Source: Deltaproteobacteria bacterium (lineage in GTDB: Bacteria; Desulfobacterota; Dissulfuribacteria; Dissulfuribacterales; UBA3076). From it: 64,000 nucleotides of DNA. Every line of letters begins with the position of its first letter. The first letter of the stretch is position 1. Location of the stretch: contig JAGYNZ010000003.1 in NCBI GenBank assembly GCA_018399745.1, forward strand, positions 65,992 to 129,991, read 5' to 3'. Below, piece after piece: positions 58,261-64,000 of the stretch. The notes under the pieces are model-generated. The model worked only from the letters and a program-made list of their open reading frames with translations. It made no database searches and had not been told where the DNA came from. Both the position numbers and the translations under genes were made by a program.

Positions 58261-58415
58261 TTTGAATTTAAAAAAGAATATAATTATAATACGTTAATTG
58301 TCTCTGAACTAAATTGAAAAACCGAAATTCGGGGTTTAATTTCAGTCACTATTGTTAAAACTTTTCAGCGAAACATAGTCTGGAGACGCAACTTTTTAAC
58401 GAGGTTTCATAAACA

Positions 58416-59624
58416 ATGTCATTATCCACCATAGAAGAGGCCATTGAGGATATTCAGGCCGGCAAGATGATTATCCTTGTCGACGACGAGGATCGGGAAA
58501 ACGAGGGTGATCTCGCCATGGCCGCAGAAACAGCGACGCCAGAGGCCATAAATTTCATGGCCCGGTATGGTCGCGGATTGATCTGTCTGGCCCTTACTGA
58601 AAACCAGGTAAACAAGCTGAATCTCCCCATGATGACTTCCCGGAATACATGCCGGTACGGCACGGCCTTCACAGTATCCATAGAGGCCAAACATGGAGTC
58701 ACGACAGGTATCTCCGCCCATGACAGGGCCACCACTATCAGAACTGCCATAGCAGATGAATCCAGCCTGGAGGATATCGTCATGCCGGGCCATGTCTTTC
58801 CGCTGAAGGCCAGAGAAGGAGGGGTCCTGGTGAGGGCGGGTCAGACCGAGGGTTCCGTAGACCTTGCAAGACTGGCAGGCCTGAATCCCTCTGGAGTCAT
58901 ATGCGAGATCATGAAGGACGACGGGACAATGGCCCGAATGCCTGATCTGGAAATTTTTGCCGAAAAACACGATCTCAAGATTGTCACCATCGCAGACCTC
59001 ATAGCCTATCGTCTGCGCACTGAAAGCTTTGTGCGTCGAGAGGTCGAGACCAGGCTGCCTTCCAGGTTTGGTGGCGAATGGAAGCTCATTGTCTACAGCA
59101 GTATAATCGATCCCCATGAGCATCTTGCCCTGGTGCTGGGGGAACGGGAAATCCGGGCGGATGAGGAAATTCTTGTGCGTGTGCACTCTGAGTGCCTGAC
59201 AGGGGATGTGCTTGGTTCCCTCAGATGTGACTGCGGTCTACAGTTGCAGAGGGCCATGAGCCAGATAGCCAAAGAAGGCCGGGGTGTCCTTGTCTACATG
59301 AGGCAGGAAGGGAGGGGTATCGGCCTGCTTAACAAACTTCGGGCCTATTGTCTCCAGGATCAGGGAAGAGATACTGTAGAAGCCAACTGCGAACTTGGCT
59401 TTAAACCGGATCTCAGGGACTATGGTGTCGGCGCCCAGATCTTGAGGGACCTTGGGGTGAGAAAAATGAGACTCATGACCAACAACCCTAAAAAGATTGT
59501 CGGACTCGAGGGTTATGGAATGGAAATGGTAGAAAGGGTCCCGATTGAAATCCCGCCGCATGAAGAGAATTTCGGCTATTTATTGTGTAAGAAAGAAAAG
59601 ATGGGACACCTGTTACATATTTAG
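58416..59624 (+). CDS. ribBA: Bifunctional 3,4-dihydroxy-2-butanone-4-phosphate synthase / GTP cyclohydrolase II
   Basis: [11 protein letters not shown] (DHBP synthase) and [16 protein letters not shown] (GTP cyclohydrolase II zinc site). Confidence 0.93.
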   Translation: MSLSTIEEAIEDIQAGKMIILVDDEDRENEGDLAMAAETATPEAINFMARYGRGLICLALTENQVNKLNLPMMTSRNTCRYGTAFTVSIEAKHGVTTGISAHDRATTIRTAIADESSLEDIVMPGHVFPLKAREGGVLVRAGQTEGSVDLARLAGLNPSGVICEIMKDDGTMARMPDLEIFAEKHDLKIVTIADLIAYRLRTESFVRREVETRLPSRFGGEWKLIVYSSIIDPHEHLALVLGEREIRADEEILVRVHSECLTGDVLGSLRCDCGLQLQRAMSQIAKEGRGVLVYMRQEGRGIGLLNKLRAYCLQDQGRDTVEANCELGFKPDLRDYGVGAQILRDLGVRKMRLMTNNPKKIVGLEGYGMEMVERVPIEIPPHEENFGYLLCKKEKMGHLLHI

Positions 59625-59647
59625 TAAATGAGAAAAAAGGGGATATC

Positions 59648-60118
59648 ATGCCTAAGACATTTGAAGGTCACCTGCAGGCCCAGGGGTTGCGTTTAGGTAT
59701 TGTGATTGCACGATTTAACGAATTCATTTCCAGCAAGCTCCTTGGAGGCGCATTAGATGCGCTTGTCAGGCATGGATGCACAGAAGGTGATATAGATGTG
59801 GCCTGGGTGCCCGGTGCCTTTGAAATTCCTCTTGTAGCCAGGCGCCTGGCAAAAAGCGGCCGTTATGACGCCGTCATATGCCTGGGCTGCGTAATCAGAG
59901 GGGCCACGCCGCACTTCGACTATGTGGCTGCCGAGACATCCAAGGGGATCGCTCAGGTTGCAATGCAGGCGGATTGCCCTGTTGCCTTTGGAGTACTCAC
60001 CACTGACAGCATTGAGCAGGCCATTGAACGGGCGGGCACCAAGGCCGGAAATAAAGGCTGGGATGCAGCGCTCGCGGCTGTAGAAATGGCAAATCTCTTA
60101 AAAGGCCTCAATGCCTAA
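59648..60118 (+). CDS. ribH: 6,7-dimethyl-8-ribityllumazine synthase
   Basis: 156 aa with [15 protein letters not shown] and G.TPHFDYV. Confidence 0.93.
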   Translation: MPKTFEGHLQAQGLRLGIVIARFNEFISSKLLGGALDALVRHGCTEGDIDVAWVPGAFEIPLVARRLAKSGRYDAVICLGCVIRGATPHFDYVAAETSKGIAQVAMQADCPVAFGVLTTDSIEQAIERAGTKAGNKGWDAALAAVEMANLLKGLNA

Positions 60119-60557
60119 ATTGTCAATGCGCCGCAAAGGACGGGAGATTGCCCTTCAGATCCTTTATCAATGTGACTGGAATATCATTGAAAATATAGAT
60201 AAGGTCATTATGGAATATGCCAGGGATCTGGCTTCAGAGGTTATTCCTGAAGACGACCCTGCCCTGGCATTCGGACAGACCCGGCTGCGGGGTGTGCTTA
60301 CGCACAAGGCGGAGATCGATTCCATCCTGAAAAAGAATGCCGAACATTGGCGTCTGGACAGGATGGCCAGTGTTGACAGGAATATATTGCGCATAGGCGC
60401 CTTCGAGTTATGTTATTGTCCTGATATCCCACCTAAAGTAGCCATAAATGAAGCACTTGAGCTTGCAAAAAAGTTTTGCGGAGAGGAATCAAGCGCCTTT
60501 GTGAACGGCATCCTGGACTCGGTCTTAAGGCACAGGGAAATAGCTGAAAAGTCATAA
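60111..60557 (+). CDS. nusB: Transcription antitermination factor NusB
   Basis: 148 aa with [14 protein letters not shown]. It follows ribH as in many bacteria. Confidence 0.9.
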   Translation: MPKLSMRRKGREIALQILYQCDWNIIENIDKVIMEYARDLASEVIPEDDPALAFGQTRLRGVLTHKAEIDSILKKNAEHWRLDRMASVDRNILRIGAFELCYCPDIPPKVAINEALELAKKFCGEESSAFVNGILDSVLRHREIAEKS

Positions 60558-60569
60558 TCTTGAGATATC

Positions 60570-63095
60570 ATGACAGCACGATATAATTTCAAGACAATAG
60601 AAGAAAGGCATCAGGCCGAATGGGCGGGAAAGGGCCTTTTTACCGCCCGGGAGGATAATTCCAGGCCACGTTATTACGTCCTGGAGATGTTTCCCTATCC
60701 TTCAGGCCGGATACACATGGGTCATGTCAGGAATTACACCATAGGGGACGTAGTGGCCCGCTACAAACGCATGCAGGGCTACAATGTCCTTCATCCCATG
60801 GGGTGGGACGCCTTTGGTATGCCCGCTGAGAATGCCGCCATTAAGCACAGGACCCATCCTGCCACGTGGACTCATGAAAATATCGACCATATGCGCAAAC
60901 AGCTCAAGCGTCTGGGGTTGTCATATGACTGGGAAAGAGAGTTTGCTACCTGTGATCCGGATTACTATCGCTGGGAACAGCTCTTTTTTATTCAGATGTT
61001 CGAGGCAGGGCTTGTATATCGTCAGAAATCCAGAGTCAACTGGTGTGAAGGCTGTCAGACAGTACTCGCCAATGAGCAGGTAGAGGACGGCAGATGCTGG
61101 CGGTGTGATACAGAGGTGGTGGAAAAAGAACTGGATGGGTGGTTTTTTAAGATCACTGATTATGCTCAAGAACTCCTGGAAGGGTGCGACAGGTTGACCG
61201 GATGGCCGGAAAAGGTCCTTACAATGCAGCGCAACTGGATCGGCCGCAGCGTGGGGGCGGAGATCACGTTTCCGCTTTTCGGAATGGATGGTGAAATCAG
61301 GGTATTTACTACCAGACCGGATACACTTTGGGGTGCGACCTTTATGAGCCTTTCACCGGAACACCCTATGGCCCTGAAGCTCTGTATGGGTACAGGCCAG
61401 GAAGAAGAAGTAAAGGCCTTTATAGAACGCTGGCGCAAGATACCTGCAAAAGAAAGACAGTTCACTCAGTCACCGGATCACTCAATTGCCAGGCCCAAGG
61501 AAGGTGTGTTCACCGGGGCATATGTCAAGCATCCACTAACCGGTGAATGCATTCCCATTCACATTGCTGATTTCGTGTTGATGGAATACGGCACAGGGGC
61601 GGTGATGGCCGTTCCTGCCCATGACCAGAGGGACTTTGAGTTTGCCGGAAGATACGGGCTGCCAATTAAGGTCGTGATTCAACCAGAGGGGGCAAACCTG
61701 GAGCCAGAGACCATGAAAGAGGCATGGGAAGGCCCGGGCACCCTTGTGAATTCAGGTCCTTTTGATGGAAAAGACAACGAAGAGGCCAAGGTGGCTATAA
61801 CCAGGCAACTTGAGACCCAGGGCCTTGGAAGACAAAAAGTCAGTTACCGCCTGAGGGACTGGGGCATATCCAGGCAGCGCTTTTGGGGGACACCTATTCC
61901 AATGGTCCAGTGTGACACATGCGGGCTCGTGCCGGTCAGGGAACAGGATCTGCCTGTTATTCTGCCCCTGGATGCCAGGTTGGATAAACAGGGCAGGTCT
62001 CCCCTTCCCCGCCTTGAGAGCTTCTGGTCTACAACCTGCCCCAAGTGCGGTGGACCTGCCCGGCGGGAAACAGACACCATGGACACCTTTGTTGAATCAT
62101 CCTGGTATTTTGCCAGATATGTATGCCCTGATGAGAACAAGGCACCCCTGGACCGCAAGAGGGTGGATGCATGGCTCCCTGTAAACCAGTATATAGGTGG
62201 AATTGAACACGCCATACTGCATCTCCTGTACGCAAGATTTTTTACCAAGGCCCTGCGCGATCTGGGATGGCTTTCAATTGATGAGCCCTTTGCAAATCTT
62301 TTGACTCAGGGCATGGTCCTCAAGGACGGGGCAAAGATGTCCAAATCCAAAGGCAATGTCGTCGATCCTGATGAGATGATCCGTAATTACGGGGTAGATA
62401 CCATTCGTCTCTTCATACTGTTCGCTTCCCCGCCTGAAAGGGACCTTGAATGGAGTGACCAGGGAGTTGAAGGGGCCCACAGGTTCCTGCACCGGATCTT
62501 TCGTCTGATCACGGAGAATCTCGAGGGTTTGAACTCAGTCCGTGCCGGCAGGCAGACCCTGATTAATGGGACAAAGGCCACCAGGGCCCTTCGACAAAAG
62601 ACACACCGGACGATTCTGAAGGTCACCGAGGACATTGAACAGCGCTTTCATTTCAATACGGCCATCAGCGCGGTCATGGAGTTGATCAATGAGGTAATGG
62701 GCTGCCTCAACCGGTATGGCACACCAGGAATGGATAAACAGGGGGATTGGGCCGCATTGAGAGAGGCCATGGAAGCGGCGTTAATTCTGCTCTTTCCAAT
62801 GGTGCCTCATATAACGGACGAATTGTGGCGGCTCCTTGGACATCAAAAGACCATAGGTCTGGAACCATGGCCTGTTCCAGATCTTGATGCCGCACGGGCC
62901 GATACTGTAAATATCGTGGTACAGGTAAATGGTAAGCTTCGCAGCCAGGTTGAGGTCGATCAGGATACGGATAAGGAAAATATTGAATCCATAGTTTTGG
63001 ATGATCCCAAGATAAAGCGATACACAAAAGGAAGAGCAATACATAAAATCATATATGTGCCTGGAAGGCTGATTAACATTGTGGTGAAGGGTTAA
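60570..63095 (+). CDS. leuS: Leucine--tRNA ligase
   Basis: 841 aa with the HIGH-type HMGHVRNY, the KMSKS motif KMSKSKGN and a CP1 editing domain. Confidence 0.95.
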   Translation: MTARYNFKTIEERHQAEWAGKGLFTAREDNSRPRYYVLEMFPYPSGRIHMGHVRNYTIGDVVARYKRMQGYNVLHPMGWDAFGMPAENAAIKHRTHPATWTHENIDHMRKQLKRLGLSYDWEREFATCDPDYYRWEQLFFIQMFEAGLVYRQKSRVNWCEGCQTVLANEQVEDGRCWRCDTEVVEKELDGWFFKITDYAQELLEGCDRLTGWPEKVLTMQRNWIGRSVGAEITFPLFGMDGEIRVFTTRPDTLWGATFMSLSPEHPMALKLCMGTGQEEEVKAFIERWRKIPAKERQFTQSPDHSIARPKEGVFTGAYVKHPLTGECIPIHIADFVLMEYGTGAVMAVPAHDQRDFEFAGRYGLPIKVVIQPEGANLEPETMKEAWEGPGTLVNSGPFDGKDNEEAKVAITRQLETQGLGRQKVSYRLRDWGISRQRFWGTPIPMVQCDTCGLVPVREQDLPVILPLDARLDKQGRSPLPRLESFWSTTCPKCGGPARRETDTMDTFVESSWYFARYVCPDENKAPLDRKRVDAWLPVNQYIGGIEHAILHLLYARFFTKALRDLGWLSIDEPFANLLTQGMVLKDGAKMSKSKGNVVDPDEMIRNYGVDTIRLFILFASPPERDLEWSDQGVEGAHRFLHRIFRLITENLEGLNSVRAGRQTLINGTKATRALRQKTHRTILKVTEDIEQRFHFNTAISAVMELINEVMGCLNRYGTPGMDKQGDWAALREAMEAALILLFPMVPHITDELWRLLGHQKTIGLEPWPVPDLDAARADTVNIVVQVNGKLRSQVEVDQDTDKENIESIVLDDPKIKRYTKGRAIHKIIYVPGRLINIVVKG

Positions 63096-63097
63096 CA

Positions 63098-63682
63098 GTG
63101 TCTGAAAAACAGCATTCACTAATAATTAGAATTTTACAAACTGTTTTATTCACACGTCGCCCGGGATCTTCACTCTCTGTCCTTTTTACCTTCTGTATCT
63201 TCGGGGCCTCATTATACGGTTGTGGATACCACTGTGCCGAACGCGTGGAGTCATTACCTTCGTGGATAAAAACCGTGTATGTGGAGCCATGGTCCAACCG
63301 CAGCAATGAACTCCTCCTTGGGGTTTGGATAACTGAAGAACTGAGACATGAATTTTTAAGGGGCAGGGGGCTGAAACTTGTCTCCAGGGATGAAGCCGAT
63401 GTGATCCTGAAGGGAGAGATTGTAAGCACAATCACCGGCGGTGTTTCCTACATCAGATACGACCGGGCCGTTGAGCGACGCATCGCGGCCGAGTATTCAG
63501 TTCAGCTGATATACCGCGAAAGCGGCCAAGTCATATGGCAGACCAGTAATATCGCGAGGGAGGAAGAATTTCTTGTAGGTAAGGATATAATGCAGACCGA
63601 GGCCTTAAAAGACGATGCCCTGCAAAAACTCAGCCGTGACGTGGCCGAGATAATCTATCACAGGATTACAGGTGTCTTCTAA
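63098..63682 (+). CDS. lptE: LPS-assembly lipoprotein LptE (RlpB-like)
   Basis: Lipobox LYGCG and the conserved position directly after leuS. Sequence similarity was judged only by general pattern. The start is uncertain. Confidence 0.65.
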   Translation: MSEKQHSLIIRILQTVLFTRRPGSSLSVLFTFCIFGASLYGCGYHCAERVESLPSWIKTVYVEPWSNRSNELLLGVWITEELRHEFLRGRGLKLVSRDEADVILKGEIVSTITGGVSYIRYDRAVERRIAAEYSVQLIYRESGQVIWQTSNIAREEEFLVGKDIMQTEALKDDALQKLSRDVAEIIYHRITGVF

Positions 63683-63960
63683 CCTTCTGCTTGGGCTTTC
63701 CCCATGGCATGTACCTTTTTGCTCAACCGGGAAATATTTCGTGAAGCCGTACGTCTGTGAATAGTACCTTTGGCCGCCGACCGGGCAATGACCTTCTGGG
63801 CCAAACGCATGTGTTCCCGGACCTCTGCGGGCGATTTCTCTGCAATAGCGGCCTCAAGTGCCTTCACAGTGTTTTTGATCTTGGTCTTTCGAGATTTATT
63901 GCGCAATTGACGTCTTTTACTCTGGTTTGCCCTCTTAAGGGCAGATTTGTGATTGGCCAA
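63679..63960 (-). CDS. rpsT: 30S ribosomal protein S20 (TTG start)
   Basis: 93 aa, MANHKSALKRANQSKRRQLRNKSRKT. Start codon is TTG, preceded by GGAGGA. Confidence 0.92.
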   Translation of the reverse strand: MANHKSALKRANQSKRRQLRNKSRKTKIKNTVKALEAAIAEKSPAEVREHMRLAQKVIARSAAKGTIHRRTASRNISRLSKKVHAMGKAQAEG

Positions 63961-64000
63961 TCTATCCTCCTCTATTTTATAATATGTTATTTATTATTGT

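Noticed and set aside
58217-58415. An expected FMN (RFN) riboswitch in the 200-nt gap before ribBA.
   Set aside because: I could not find the conserved RFN core segments. The sequence is AT-rich with only simple hairpins. A covariance-model search is needed to be sure.
58422-59186. A 254-aa minus-strand ORF.
   Set aside because: It is antisense to ribBA and its sequence is low-complexity with no motifs.

Overview
This is a mid-GC chromosomal window of tightly packed, mostly housekeeping operons. Gene content and synteny point to a sulfate-reducing Desulfobacterota (deltaproteobacterial) genome: an ATP sulfurylase (sat), a sigma-54 response regulator and a Geobacter-like fab/rib gene order. 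That taxon call is an inference only. Gene order: glcD-like (partial); ispD; sat (minus); ABC-F ATPase; ispF; rmuC-pfkB-purN-like (minus); a frameshifted small gene; tRNA-Val-thrS-infC-rpmI-rplT-pheS-pheT-ihfA-merR-pheA; argH-lipoprotein-lysA-dapF; secreted protein plus NtrC-type regulator (minus); a lone radical SAM/SPASM gene; tRNA-His; der; DJ-1; rpoH-TPR; pepF; nitroreductase; coaBC; tRNA-Leu; engB-hisG-hisI; one small accessory patch at 40.3-42.3 kb; ATP-grasp; purQ; tatC; yceD-rpmF-plsX-fabH-[acd-etfB-etfA]-fabG-acpP-fabF-rpiB-glyA-dCMP deaminase-nrdR-ribD-ribE-ribBA-ribH-nusB-leuS-lptE; rpsT. The accessory patch holds IS91- and IS21-family transposase remnants, mazEF and DUF433. I found three tRNAs, no rRNA and no CRISPR array. 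The observations most worth follow-up are: (1) a CarCDE-like electron-bifurcating acyl-CoA dehydrogenase/EtfB/ferredoxin-fused EtfA trio sitting in the fatty-acid synthesis operon where fabD normally is; (2) a family of intergenic hairpin repeats built from GAAATTT-like heptamers, with two near-identical copies in opposite orientation; (3) an orphan radical SAM/SPASM enzyme with no obvious substrate gene; (4) mazEF bracketed by 92-bp direct repeats of transposase debris; (5) an 8-nt microsatellite inside essential pheT; (6) a frameshifted conserved small gene. All functional calls come from reading motifs and synteny by eye; no database search was run.
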